Source: Paramecium tetraurelia
Taxonomy: Eukaryota
Assembly: GCA_000165425.1 (NCBI GenBank)
Contig: CT868021.1
Coordinates: 62,001-126,000 of the forward strand
Reading direction: 5' to 3'
DNA length: 64,000 nt
The notes beneath the pieces are model-generated. The model made no database searches. It saw only the letters and a list, made by a program, of their open reading frames with translations, and was not told the DNA's origin. The stretch's first letter is position 1, and each line of letters opens with the position of its first letter. The position numbers and the translations under genes were made by a program. Below, in pieces: positions 40,301 through 54,000 of this stretch.

Positions 40301-43300
40301 ATGCAAATAACTACGAATTATGATAGTGAGCCATTCTCACTGATAAATACTAAGAGACAAATATTTAGTGGGGATTAGGATATTAAGATGTAGCAATATT
40401 TTCAAAGAAGCCGGTCGATAGAGGAGATTGATTAGATGATTGACGATTACGGAAATAGTGCTAAGTACTGTTTACATAAAAGCAATAGGCCTTCGTCTTC
40501 TCATTTGCGTAAGACGAAAAGCAATTATAAGCCTCCAACCATAAGTATTCAAAATATCATAACAAATAAAAGGGAAACTTTTATTTTTGAGAATCTGAAT
40601 TTGGATTAAAAGGAGCCAGGGTATGAGTTGATAAAAATTGCATAGATTTAGTCCCGTTTGGAAGCATGGGAGCTTGAAGATCATCAGATTGGTTGCTAGA
40701 TTTATATATTAACTGAAAACCAAAGCTGAAACATTGAAGTTAAAATTGATGAATCATCACATATTTAAATACATAGATGATAAGGCAAGTGATTTTAATG
40801 AATTCAAATCTGGGAAGACCATAGACGATCATTCCTTTAAGAATATAATGTGCAGGAATCTGAAGAAGATGGAAGGAGCATTTACAATCCTTAGAGTTAT
40901 TTTGGAATACTTATTTAATAAAATAGGAGTTATTTATCCGGAGAGTACATTCAAAATTATATGGGATTCGATCGTCGTATGTTTTATAGTAATCAACATA
41001 TTCTTCATCCCAATGTCGTTGAGTTTTGAGTTGGATAAGTCAAGTACTTTGGTTTGGCTGTTCTTCGAAACGATTCCAAGTTACATTTTCATAGTTGAAA
41101 TAATTCTCAACTTTAATACTGCATACTATGGTCATGGAGTAATTCATTCAACTAGAAAGGAGATATTTCATCATTACGTTTCTGAAAATTTTTGGTGGGA
41201 TTTGATGATATCCATCCCCTATGTACTCTCCTAATTGGACATCCCCTATATTCAATTTGTATTGCTATTAAGAATAACAAGAGTTAAGTCGATGGTTTAA
41301 AATGTGGAAGATATGTTGAATGCCAAGGAATCCGTTTAGGCAGCAGTGGAATTATCTAAACTCATTTATTTTATTATCTTCGTTGCACATATGTGTAGTT
41401 GTGCTTGGCATCTATTGGGTAAAATCGAGGTTGATGTTTACGGAGATAATAATTCTTGGTTGATCCATTATGGTTATTATGATGAGCCTTGGGCACACTC
41501 GATATATAGTCAGTATCTATTGGAGTGTGATAACAACATTGACAGTTGGTTATGGTGATATTGTTCCTTAGACTTCCATTGAATAATTGTTCGTAGTTAT
41601 TATTGCTATGATTATTTGTGGCGTATTTGGTTATTCCATATCAACAATCGGAGAGATCCTTAAGAATTTGGAAGAGAAGAAAGGCCAATTCAAGTAATTG
41701 ATGAAAGAGGTCAATTCTTACATCAAGGAGAAGGAACTCAATTTACAACTCTCCTTAAAAGTCAGAAAGTACTTTGAATTCTACTATCAAACCTAACAGT
41801 CGCAGAAACGCTCCTATCAAACTCTACTCAATAATCTGAATGAACAATTGAAATAGGAGATTATGATTGATCTTTACAAGAAGATTCTCATTCAATCCAA
41901 ATTCATAAATGATACCTTCAATGAAACTCTGATCAATTAACTCTGTCAGAAGGTCTAGTAAGAAAACTTTGGACCTGGAGATGACATCATTGATCTTAAG
42001 AATAAAAGCGAGAAAAAACTCATCTTTATCTTAAATGGACAGGTGGATAGTTACATTCACATCCAAGGAACTCAGAAAGAGATACAACATCTTGCTTCTC
42101 AAGGCAGATTATCTCATACGTATAAGAAAGGAGATATTATTGGGGAATTTGAATTCATCACTAATAATGATTATTCTCTTCAATATAGGGCTGTCAAATT
42201 TACACAGGTTGCCTTCATCAGCAGATAAGATTTATTAGAGATCATCACTCAGGATAAGGAACATCTATACAAATTCCAAAAGCTCATTGATTCTCTCACA
42301 TACTCTCAGAAACTAGGAAGAACTTGCGAAATCTGCAAGTGGACTCACTTATATTAGAAGTAATTATAGAATTGTTTTATTTTCTATAAATTTTAGTTGT
42401 CCATTTACATTCTATTAGCCAAATATTTGGAAAGTAGTTCGATAAGCTTCTGCCTCTGTGAACATCAAACGCTTCCCTTTCGAACGTAAGTCTCGTCAAA
42501 GATACAAAGCGATTTCAAACTCTTAGGTTACCATCGCTACAATCCTGGATTTCATGTTGATCCATAATTTTATACAAGAAGAGTAAACTTATTGCCTTAA
42601 GTTAAGTCTCCTCTGTAGTAAGACCTTATAAAGATTGGGTTTCAATAACAACCACAGAATTAGTTAGAAAGAGATTCACGAAATTAGTTCAGGCTCCTCC
42701 AATACTTCAAGTAGCAGTGAATCACAATCTGACGATGTTAATAACAATACGTCCGTGAAAAATAAGAGAACCTCCCAAGAGTCGCAAAATGACAAACCCG
42801 ATAAATTTGAGCGTCTTAGAACCACTGTAAATATGAAGGATAGTGCTCACAATAATCTACTCAAACCAATTTTATAGAAAATGAATTCCATCGGTTAATA
42901 ACAACATGAAGATTAGGCCAATTAAAATTCAGCTCCTAACATCAAATTGTTTCCTTTCTTTTACAAAAAAAAGTCTTCCATTTCCAACATCAAAGTAATG
43001 TCTAAGGTGGAAATACCTGTTGGAGCCAATGAAGTTGAAACCAATAAGGATACCTTAAGATTATATTAAATTAAAAAGGGACCTCAAAATTGCGATGAGA
43101 TGGATCTTATGATGCAAGAAGATAATGACTTTTATCCGGAATTCAATGTATTTAAAGTTATTGAGATCTATAACAAATAGAGAATAAGAAATTTGAGTTT
43201 TAGAAAAAAACGATAATTTCATGAAAAATTAAAATCAATTAGGTTATAAAAACAATTTAATCTAAAAATACTATCGCCTCGTTCATCCTAACAAATTATT

Positions 43301-43303
43301 TGA
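40301..43303 (+). CDS. Cyclic-nucleotide-binding-domain K+ channel (EAG/KCNH-like); frame break at ~41491
   Basis: S1 IYPESTFKIIWD, S5 AHMCSCAW, pore YWSVITTLTVGYGDI, C-linker KVRKYFEF, CNBD GDIIGE; one extra base just upstream of the pore helix. Confidence 0.88.
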
Positions 43304-43471
43304 AACAATCATATTTTATTGAAACCATATCTTTGTAATTTTCAGTGTTTTTCACATTTATATATATTATTATACCATTTAATTGTTATTTTATCTAACA
43401 ATAATTGATTTGTGTTTCTATTAACAAATTAATTATATAATATGATACAATAATTTTATTATTGAAATTAT

Positions 43472-45875
43472 ATGAATAACAACAACATAGGTTTTCCAAA
43501 CAATCTAAATCCAAGCTGTTTGAATCACTTAGAGGTACAAGCAAACTATTTTTGTTTATCCGATTAATGTAAGGAGAATCGACTGGCTTGCTAAAATTGT
43601 TTCGATGATTATCATTCCAGTCATTAGGATTTAACTAGACCCATAGTTCAGTTGACTTTGTTTTTAGAAGGAAAGTCCCAATAGGCTGAGGAGTTCTTAA
43701 AAAATTATTTCAACTAATTTAAACAACTTTAATAAATGTTTAATAGAACTATAAAAGCATTGCAATATACTTTTGCGAATTGCTCAAATTAATTGTAATA
43801 AATGGATCAAAGCCAAATAATTTTATTGCTTAATCAATTAATAACTTATGATTCATTCAATTAATTCTTAGGAACTTAAGTAGTGGATAAATTATAGAAA
43901 ATGAATGAAATATAAAGTCAAATTTTATAGACTCTACCTTTACATCAAATAACAAAAAGGTTATCAAAATAACTAGCTCAAAATTTGATAAATTTTAAAA
44001 AATATGGTGATAAATCTCAATATTATATTAGGCTTTCAATTAATGAATTCAAATCAATATGGTTAGGCCATTACATTATTCGATAAAGTTCTAGAAAAAA
44101 ATCCATATGACATCGAAGCTTTGCTTAAAAAAGGTATAAAAAATTTCTATTGATAGGAGAATGCTTAATGAAATAGAATTTTTATTATGAGGCATAGCAT
44201 CAATTTGAAGAAATACTTTACTTTGATCCTCATAACCTAGAAGCCATGTGCGAAATTGGTAAATCATTTTTTACTAATATCATAGGAAATTGTTTATTTA
44301 AATGCAACAAATATGATGAGGCTCTTATTCAATTCTAAATGTGCCTAAAAACGAAAAGCAATTCCTATATGGCTCTTCTGGGCCATGGTAAATCTGATCT
44401 ATATTATAGCTGACTGTTTAAGAAAAATGAACAAATTATAAGAAGCTATTAACTAGTATGAGAAAGCAATTAGAGTTAACTAGTAGGGTTATGCTGCATT
44501 TTGTGGACAAGGTATATTACTTAAATAAAATTTTGAGCTGAATGCTTAAAGTTGTTGAATGATTTGAATAAATCATAGATTATGTATAGGAGAGCTTTAC
44601 AAATTGTGGAGAATCACTTTGATTCATTATTTGGTTTAGGTAGAATATTGAATCATTTCATTAGCGGATTGCTTAAAAAGATTGAAAAAGTATTACGAAG
44701 CTATTCCTTTTTATGACAAGGCTTTGGAAATTAATCTTCAACATTCAGGATTATTGGAAGGAAAAGGTTACTCTTCTTTAATCAATTAGCTTCGTGTTTA
44801 AAATATTGTGCCAATAATATAGAAGCGGTTGAATTTTATTAATTGGCTTTAGAATATGATCCTAGTTTAGCAGAAGCATTGAAAGGATTAGGTTACTTAG
44901 ATAATTAACTTATAGGATCTAGTTTAAAATATTTAGGTCGATACGATGAGGCAGTTGCTACTTTTGATAAGGCGCTAGAATTTGATTCTTGTTCTTCTAT
45001 TTCTTATCGGGGGAAAGGTTATAAATTTCTTCATAATAGCCGATTGCTACAAGAAATAGGGAAAATGGAAAGATGCAATTCAATAATATCAACATGCTTT
45101 AATATATGACAAATGTTAGGGAGAGGCAATTTATTGGAAACGTAAGATTAATGTATAGCTTAATCATTAGATGTGCTTGAAAAATTGATAAAATAATTTA
45201 AACCACCTTAAGAAAACCTCTAGATAAATCCTCAAAATTTACACTTAATTTTTACAAAAGAATATAACTAATAATTAGGCTATATGCTTAGTATTATTAA
45301 ATTATTATGAAGGAGCGGAAATATTTCATGCTCTAGTTACATCAAGGGATACAAGGAGTTATACCGAACAAATAAGATTGGGTATAAATATAAGCAGAAA
45401 ATAATTTAGGTTTCTGGCTAGCTATAACAGGTTTTTATTAAGAAGCTAAGGATCATTATAACAAGGCTTTAAGTATAGAGGAATTAGGAACAGATGCACT
45501 GTGGGGAAAAGGTTATAATTCAAAAGATTTTTAGGAGAATGTTTAAGATTTTAGCAGAATTTTACAGAAGCTTAATAATACTATGAAAAAGCTCTTGAAA
45601 TATGCTCTCTTTAGTGTTAGTTGTAATTAGAACATGGCTAGGAGATTCTTTCTTTTGAATATATCTAAACATTATCTATATTTGGAAAAAGTATAAATTT
45701 ATTTGTATTTTAAGCCTATTGTTTAATTGGTCAAAACAAATTTTAAGAAGCTGATGAATTTCTATTTTAGTCATACAGAATTGCATTTGAAAATAAAAGT
45801 GTTGAATTAGGATAAAAGATGATGATTTTTTGCCTATAATATCTTTAAATTATTGCTTTTAGGTATTCGATTTGA
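43472..45875 (+). CDS. TPR-array protein with N-terminal Cys/His zinc-finger-like domain
   Basis: CLNH...FCLSDQCKENRLACQNCFDDYHSSH, then 34-aa TPRs (EAIPFYDKALEINLQHSGLLEGKA), mostly one per exon. Confidence 0.88.
44032..45511 (+). repeat. Array of 102-nt TPR-encoding exons separated by phase-1 mini-introns
   Basis: Exons 44032-44133, 44157-44258, 44286-44387, 44410-44511, 44538-44639, 44665-44766, 44790-44891, 44916-45017, 45040-45141 and 45410-45511 each count to 102 nt. Confidence 0.9.
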
Positions 45876-45940
45876 GAATTATAAAATTTAATAAAAAATA
45901 AATTTATTATTAGAATCACAAATAAATTTATATTTAACTA

Positions 45941-48210
45941 TCATTTATCATTTATTTTATATAAAAAAGAAGTTAAATAACAATAATAAATAGAAAACTA
46001 ATTTAATAAGAATAATTAATATTTTAAAGATTCCTGCAAAAATGATTCTCCTTTATTAATTAAGGTTATCACAACGAATATCATTAGCAGTATTAAAATA
46101 GCCAATTTATCCTCTGAATGTATTGGATCATCAAGAAGTATGATAATAAATTTAGATGCAATTAATGATTAACGATATTGTAAATGGTATTTATTTAAGA
46201 AGAAGAATAAATATAATTAATTTTATATTAGTATTCATTCTCATAATATTCATTCTTGTACTCTTCTTTAGACACCTAAGATAAAAAATATTATAACCTT
46301 TAGGAGGTGGGATAAAATCAGTGTAGATTGTATTATACAAATTGGGATAGAGAGCCCAAACAGCTAGAAGAATCATTTATTTTGCTTACCCCAACATCCA
46401 ACTGCGGGTAGTATTCCTAAGAATCTCTTGCTTTTGGCAGTCCAAGCCTCGTAACCAAGTTTATAAAACGTAGGTAAATACATCAATAATTAAATTAATT
46501 ATAAGTATAAATTAAATTGCTATAGCAATAATTAGAAATGAATAAAAATTTTGATAGTATAATTGATAAAAGTATGAGAAGAAAACAATATAAATATCAT
46601 TCTACACATAGAAAGCAGTTTATTAATAAGTGATTTTTTTATTTATTCTGATAAACTTATGTTTCTGAGTCTATTTTATTGATTTTTTTATTCAATTATG
46701 TTTCTTTTTTAACTAATTACGATTGAGGATAATTAAAGTATAATGCTTTGAACTTATGATTTCTAACAATCAAGTCTCCAACTGTAAAGTGTAATAAAGG
46801 TATTTTCTCTTAAAATTTTGACTTAATCTAATCTAGAATTCGATTTCGAGTAGTATCAACCCATTTATACACTTAATCCTCTTATTCTTATAGTAAACTG
46901 GGATCAAATTGACTAATATTTTTATTGAATTCTTCTTGTATTGCAGATAATTTAGATAAAATGTATTATTTATCTTATAGTAATTCTTCCTTTTGATTGA
47001 AATAATTGTACGCTTAGGTAAGATCTACGGATAAAATGGTTACTGGTTTCCTGCTTATGACAATATTTTAATCATTTTAGAAAGAAGTGCAAATATCAAA
47101 AATAACTTTGGAATCGAATTATTTGGGGTTTTAAATTTGCTAAAAGATGAATAGTATTGTTTCAACGTCTGTTCCATGTATAGGCAGTCGATATTGGAAC
47201 TATTCAGGAGGTATTTTAGGGAATGTATTTGAGATGTCAATTGAATCAAAAATGAGGATTTTAAGTATTTTAAATTTGCTAAAATCTCTTAGCAATCTAT
47301 TTAGTTTAATACCTCCACATTCTATTGTTTGAGATTACTATTTAGATAAATATATGGCATCATAAGTGTAGCCATTATCTGATAAGTATTTTGACCACAC
47401 TTATGCGAAGGTTTGACTAGTAAATAGGAGGACTATTAGATAAGCTTTGGAAAGTCTAAAAATAAGGAGATTTTATACATTCTCAGAGTGTTTTTGAGAT
47501 CACTTCTTAGAGTGCATGGACAATAAGGACTATCACATTGTTCAATTAGACTACCTATTGAAAATGAATGGCATATTTTTAGATCAGTTTTATGATCCCA
47601 AAAGTTCCTTTTTGATTACAATAATAAATCTAATCAATCGAATTTGTAATATACTTTCAAAATTCAAAATAATAACTTTATCCAAGTATTCCTCTCTGTT
47701 ATTGATATTAAGAAAGAGACATTTGATCATAATGCCTTTTTGTAATTCTTCATATTATTTATTCAAATAACGAAGGTGAATTGCATGTTCTAAACTCTTT
47801 TGTTTCTTGACAATCGGTTTTGCTTTCAATTGGCGACTTTGCAATTTCATTCTGACAACTTATTAGCTGGATGATAATTATGGCAATATTTGTTATTCTT
47901 TTTGCATAATCCTAAGATTTGTTGTGCATCGCTTATTGACTCCTTTTTTATCTACTTATTGGATTTATGAGTCTTCAATGTTGGAGTTATCATACGTAAT
48001 TCTTCGTTAACTAGGTATTTATTAAACTGAACTTGAAACAAATACTTGATCTTCAGGTTCAGAATGTTTGCTATCATATCTCGATTTGTTTCTAGTTTCT
48101 AAAATGCTAAAGTTGGCATTCTTAAAGACAAAGTATCCTCGATAAATGTTTTATTTGAAATGAGTGTGTTTGGAAAAATAAAGGGAATTCGAGATTGCAT
48201 TATTTTACAT
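45941..48210 (-). CDS. Uncharacterised protein with multi-pass hydrophobic C-terminus
   Basis: ATG 48210 frame is consistent across the first 23-nt intron (~47625-47647); several hydrophobic stretches 46000-46650; stop approximate. Confidence 0.5.
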
Positions 48211-48236
48211 TTTAATTTTATTATAAATTGCAATTT

Positions 48237-50261
48237 TCAATTAGGTTTTCTGAATTACGATGAAAAGAGGTCCTATCTTGGTTATTATTATTTAGAAACC
48301 TAAGTGAGCATTTATTGTATGAATGAATTTCTTGTACTTCCTGAATTTTTTAAGGTACTCATCCCACTGCCACTTCCAACTCTTTTTAATTTCTATGTTT
48401 TTGGTGAATTTTAACATGATGCAGCTATACTGTTCTTAAACAGAAATTCACCTTAACCTGCTCTGTCAGTTAAACACACGAATTCTTATTGAGTATCCAA
48501 TAAATGGGTATTCAGTGGTTTTCCTTCAGATTGATTCTTTTTGTGTTTTGTTTACTTTACTGAAATATATTATAACATTATTACATTTTTAATTCTATAG
48601 ATTTTCATTAATATTAATATTAATGTTGATGATCTTGTCTTAATTGGATGTGTATCGAATGTGAATATTTGGTTGTGTTGCCTTCCTGGTTGTTTAAGAC
48701 CCAGGTGCCTTGATACTTTTTTGGCTCTGCTATTACTATGACATCTATGAATGGGTTGAGATCTAACCGGAAGTCTACTTCACCAGATTGGTTTTGAATT
48801 CAAATTGAGCTCCTCTTGATGCCGTGGGACTATTCCTATTAGAAAAGAAGTTTTTGGTTCCAGACATAGGTCTATGAGTTTAGGATCCATTCTTCCATTT
48901 TAATTCTTATTCAGTGGGATCTTCCTCAATGAAGATTTTCGAAATCTATTTAAGATTCAACTTGCCTAAACATTATAATCATAATACCAATAGATATTTG
49001 ATTAGTTGCTTGTGTTTTTTAAGTGTTGTTCTGATTGGATGTAGGAGATAGAACAGGATTCTAAAGTTGGCGATTCAGATGCAATGGGACTTATTGAACA
49101 TTCTTTCTGAGATCCTTTAAAAATAATTGAGTTGATATCTTAGGTTGTTGTTACACTATTGTTTTGGATTTAGGGTTTATTGATTGTTTTATCTGATCAT
49201 TCTAATCCACTCTCGTCCTGCTTTACAAATTTTCATTACTTTACTTGTGCTTCATAAGCGAATCAACTTAATTCTTTATAAAATTTACATTGATGTCTCT
49301 CGATATCTTATTCATTTATTATATGAGTTCTGTGTTCTGTTTAGAATGTTGTGAACCCATCCTTTGTTAAATTTCATCATGTTACTTTTGAATAAGGGTC
49401 TAAATTAATTATTCATGAGGTTGACTTAGTTTTTTAGTTTGCTTTTGAATCTCTGATGCCTTATCTCTTTGCGTCTTCTACGTTTATTGATTAAGATAGG
49501 CCAAAAACTTATCCAACTTCACTTCATCGCCCTTCCCAGAGGATATCAACAGCGAAGATTGTTCCAAACCAACATTTCCCAATTGCTTGCAAATTTCTTA
49601 GAGAGTACAGGATACATCACTCTTCTTTTTAGGGATTTAAGAGGACTTGTTAAGCCAACTCAAGTCCTTCAAAATTTGGATGTTCCTAATCCTTTTTGCA
49701 GTGTTTGGTGACTCTGATTGTCTTTGACTGTCTTAAGAATTTGCAGGCGAGGGTCTTTCTCCTACTATGCCTTTGGGAGGTCTTGAGGGATTCTTCTTGT
49801 TCTCCTCCTCAATCAGGTGAGCTATCCTGTAATATTCATATTTGCGCTTCTTATCATAGTATTTATTCAACACGGATGCTATTGGTTCCATAAAGATTCG
49901 TGCTATATCAGTATGAAACTCTGTTAAATGGTTCAATTTACTTTATAGTATTCAGTCAACAACTGGATTTTCTGGGGATACTCATCTCCATAATAGTACC
50001 TCTTCAAATATTCGTCCTTAAATCAAACCACACACTTACATCATCGTCATACCCAACCCAATCCTTATACCGCACCACTGCCTTTGATGAAGCATCTCCA
50101 AGTATTTCGTTGACATCTCTCGTGTAATAATAATTCTGAGATTGACAATATTTCTGCAACAGGTTTTTATTGATCCAAACTAAAGAATTCACTATTAACT
50201 CCGACTTCCTTTTGCTCTTCAATGCTTCATTCCCCTCTTTTAAATTTGGTCTGTTTTTCAT
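48237..50261 (-). CDS. Uncharacterised ciliate protein with conserved-looking N-terminal domain and disordered tail
   Basis: QNYYYTRDVNEIL...YLRRYY..EYPQKIQLLTEYYK..FHTDIARIF..NKYYDKKRKYEY; tail traced to TGA at 48237. Confidence 0.7.
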
Positions 50262-50454
50262 TCTGGTTGTTTTTATATAAATATTTATAAAAAAGAATAA
50301 AAGAATAAATTTAATCTCATCAAACTACCAATATCATTATGGATTGTCTATTGCAAGAATATTAATAATTGTTGCTCCAAAATTTGTTTAATAAATATTG
50401 TGCATTGGAAAATGAAATTTATTCAATAATATATAATTTAAATTAAAAATAATA

Positions 50455-50928
50455 ATGCAAAAACCAGAATAAGTCATGCAAGATTTCGCTAATTTGTTGG
50501 ATAAATGTATTGATGCTATTAATTTCAAAGATAGAAATGATCCTGAAGCTTGGTCTCAAATCTACAAGGTCATTAATTACAAGCCAACTCAAAATATACC
50601 AAAGGGTTAATCGTTAGACCCTGAGAAAATAAGGGAATTCTTGAGACTTGGTAAACCTGGTGCTCAGGACTTCGACCCATACGATGACATGATATATTTC
50701 GATGATAATAAGGTTAAAGAAATAGTTTTGAGACAAAATTTCCTTATTGCAAAAGGTTTATACGTTTTTCTATAGTAAGGTTACTTTGACCCCAAGGCTT
50801 ATTTTCCCTCAATCAATTTAAGTAGTTTAGATGACACATCTTTTGATGAGAAAATTAAAGGTAATAATTATTGCAAATATAATTAAGAAATGCTCAAAAT
50901 ACCTGATTAAATGGAGAAGAAAAATTGA
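50455..50928 (+). CDS. Small uncharacterised protein
   Basis: MQKPEQVMQDFANLLDKCIDA...; two short GT..AG introns; TGA 50926-50928. Confidence 0.6.
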
Positions 50929-51140
50929 AATTTATATCTAAAATTAAGTCTATTTTAAAAATGCATGAAAGTATTCCATGTGTAATATATTTTAATAGTT
51001 ATGTATTAATAAATATTTTTATTACTCTCAGATCAGACTTACTGATTTGGCACTCTCTTTCTCTAAAAATTAGTCTATAATATTTAGTTCAAACTATAAA
51101 AATAACAACTCTTTTCTTATTTAAAATAGTATTATTAATT

Positions 51141-51647
51141 ATGCACTAAAATTCTGGCTTGACTTATCATAATGTTGATTCATACATTGAAACTGAAGGG
51201 TTTTTTTGCTTCGAACAATTTACAAGACTGGATTTGAAGAAAAAAAATTGGGAGGAAAGTTTAAATAGTTTGACGGATGACTTGATTGCCCTTAAAAGTG
51301 AATATGTGGATTTGGAAAATCTAGAAATATTCATTGCCCTTTTAGAGTTCTTGGAAAAGAATATCCAAGAATCAGAGGTAGGATCACCTTATTTTCAATT
51401 GAGATAAGGTATGAACTAAACTTCAATTAATAATTATATAAATGACATGCTTGAAAACATTGAGAAGAGTCTTACATGCGATTCAGATGACTACAGAGCA
51501 ATAGATTTCCCAGGTTTATTGAAATTGGAGGATATTCTAAGCTTTTTAAAAGAATCTAAGTTCATTAAATCCTATATGTAAAAAGTAGATTACCTACTTC
51601 AAATTTAACAAGAAAGGAAATAGTAATAATTTAAAAAGAAAAAATGA
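51141..51647 (+). CDS. Small uncharacterised helical protein
   Basis: Intronless 168-aa ORF in ciliate code that extends the track ORF 51159-51407 through TAA codons. Confidence 0.6.
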
Positions 51648-52204
51648 TTAATCTTTATTTATATAAAATACAATAATGTAGCTATTAACTAGTTAACCAT
51701 TTAACTCTTTTTTCTCAAATTATTTATTTATGAATGAAAAACTAACATATTAGTTTAATTTTAAGAATAGGAACTAAAATATTTTATTATTAATTTTAAG
51801 TAAATCTTCTAATTTTTGTCTTCTTATAAAAAATTGTTTTTTAAATCTAATCATATGACCCCATGAATTATAAAAATATCATCTAAATTCAGCAATATTT
51901 ATGAAACTCTTCTTTTATTTAAAATTCAGTTTCAAATATCCTTAGATGTATAACTATATTATCGTTTGAGTTACTTTAAATAACAATAAAATATTGTCTG
52001 ACTAAATCTCTTTCATAAATTTAATCTAAGGAGCAATATTTATCCTTTAAATTGGTAAGATTTCTATATTCAAATTTAAATTCTCTATCTTTAATATAGA
52101 TTGTCCATTCATTGATTAATTATTAGTTCTTCTGAAGCTATTGAAAAAGTTATCATATTTTTTGAGATATTATTTCCATAAATTTTATATAATATTTAAT
52201 ATTT

Positions 52205-54000
52205 TCATCTTATTTGATACAACTCCTTAAGTTTTGGATCTTAAAGTTCTTTGTTTATTTCATCTCTCATTTTAAACTTTTATGGTTTGCCTGTTATAGT
52301 ATATGGGAAATCATTGACAAACTTAACATATTTGGGAACTTTATAATGAGCAATTTTTTTATGACAAAACTAATAAACATCCAACCCAGTCAATTCTTCA
52401 GCATCCTTTTTCATTTTAATCAATGCAACAACCTCCTCTCCATATTTTTCATCAAAACAACCCACTACTTGAACCTATTCAACTCCTTTCATATGAGATA
52501 AGTAATCTTCAATCTCTTTAGGATAGATATTCTCGCCACCTCTTATAATCATATCTTTGATTCTCCCAACAATTGCCACATAACCATTTTTATCCATTGT
52601 AGCCACGTCACCACTATGTAGAAATCCATTTACATCTATAGTATTTTTAGTAGCCTTTTCATCTCCCCAGTATCCTTTCATAATTCCATATCCTCTTGAA
52701 CAATATTCTCCAGGTGTATCATAAGGTACAACCATTCCATCTGAATCAATGATTTTCACCTCCATATTCAATGGTTATCCAACTTTACTAGTTTTTATCT
52801 CAAAGGAATCTGTGGTTTTATTCTAAGATGTAATTGGACTAGTTTCAGTTTATCCATAACAATTTGAGATATCCCTAACTCCTAAAACATTGATAATTTA
52901 TTTCATCAAAGCTTCGGATGCCAAAGATCCAGCTATTAAACCAGTTCTTAAAGATGATACATCATATTTTTATGTATGTCTCTCATATTCATTAAGATAC
53001 TCGATAAACTATATTTATAGACATGACATATGTTACCATTGTTGGAACTCCATAGAGAGAAGTACATTTATAATTTGTTACTGCTTCTAAAGTAGCTCCT
53101 GCACTAAAGCCATCACTTGGGTAGACCATAGTGGATCCATAATTGATACATGCCAAATTACCCATCACCATTCCAAAGCAATGATATAATGGCACTGCTA
53201 TAACTACCTTATCCTTCTCTGTATAACGTACTCTTTCCCCCACATATTTACCGTTATTCAAAATATTTAAGTGACTTAAACAAGCTCCTTTTGGGGCTCC
53301 TGTTGTCCCAGATGTAAATTAAATATTGGTAATATCATCTGGATCTTATTGAGACATTCTTGAATCAACTTCATTCAAATGGGAAGTTCCAAAAATAGAA
53401 AAGAGTTCTTTAAAATTAAAAAACCCCTTTTTATGAACATCGTCAATCAAAATCAGACCTAATTCTAATCTATATCAATACTTCTCAATGCTGGAATTCT
53501 GTTTGAATTTAGATTGCCTGGTTAATCCAATTCTGGTGCTAATTCTTTGATCATAGAAACGTAATTTGAGTGTTTGAATGTAGATCTCAACACCAAGGCT
53601 TTACATCCAACCTTATTCAACGTATATTCTAATTCATTAGTTTAATAGGCTGGATTAATATTCACTAATATCAAATCAGCCATAGCTGCTGCGAATTAGG
53701 TTAAAGCCCATTCCACATTATTGGGCGAAAAGATTCCTATACGATCGCCCTTCTCGAGTCCTAAAGCAACAAAGGCAGCAGCCAACTCTTTTGATCTCTT
53801 GAAGAATTCACCATAAGTCAACTGGATGTCTTGCAATTAGGAAACCACCTGAAATCCTAATATAGCTTAGTTACTGCTAAATTGTCAGGATATTTCTCAC
53901 TTATATCATGTAGCTGTTATCCTACAGTCTTATAAGTTAACGGAATATTTGAGGCACCATGAAAGTAACTCTTAGCATATCTTGTTCCTCTGAATAGCAT
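52205..54000 (-). CDS. ACSF2: Medium-chain acyl-CoA ligase, ACSF2-like
   Basis: [71 protein letters not shown]. Confidence 0.92.

Noticed and set aside
41475..41504. Retained 28-bp TA-bounded IES as the cause of the channel frameshift
   Set aside because: Ends match the TAYAG consensus poorly, the segment is GC-rich for an IES, and it encodes plausible channel residues; a 1-nt insertion is simpler.
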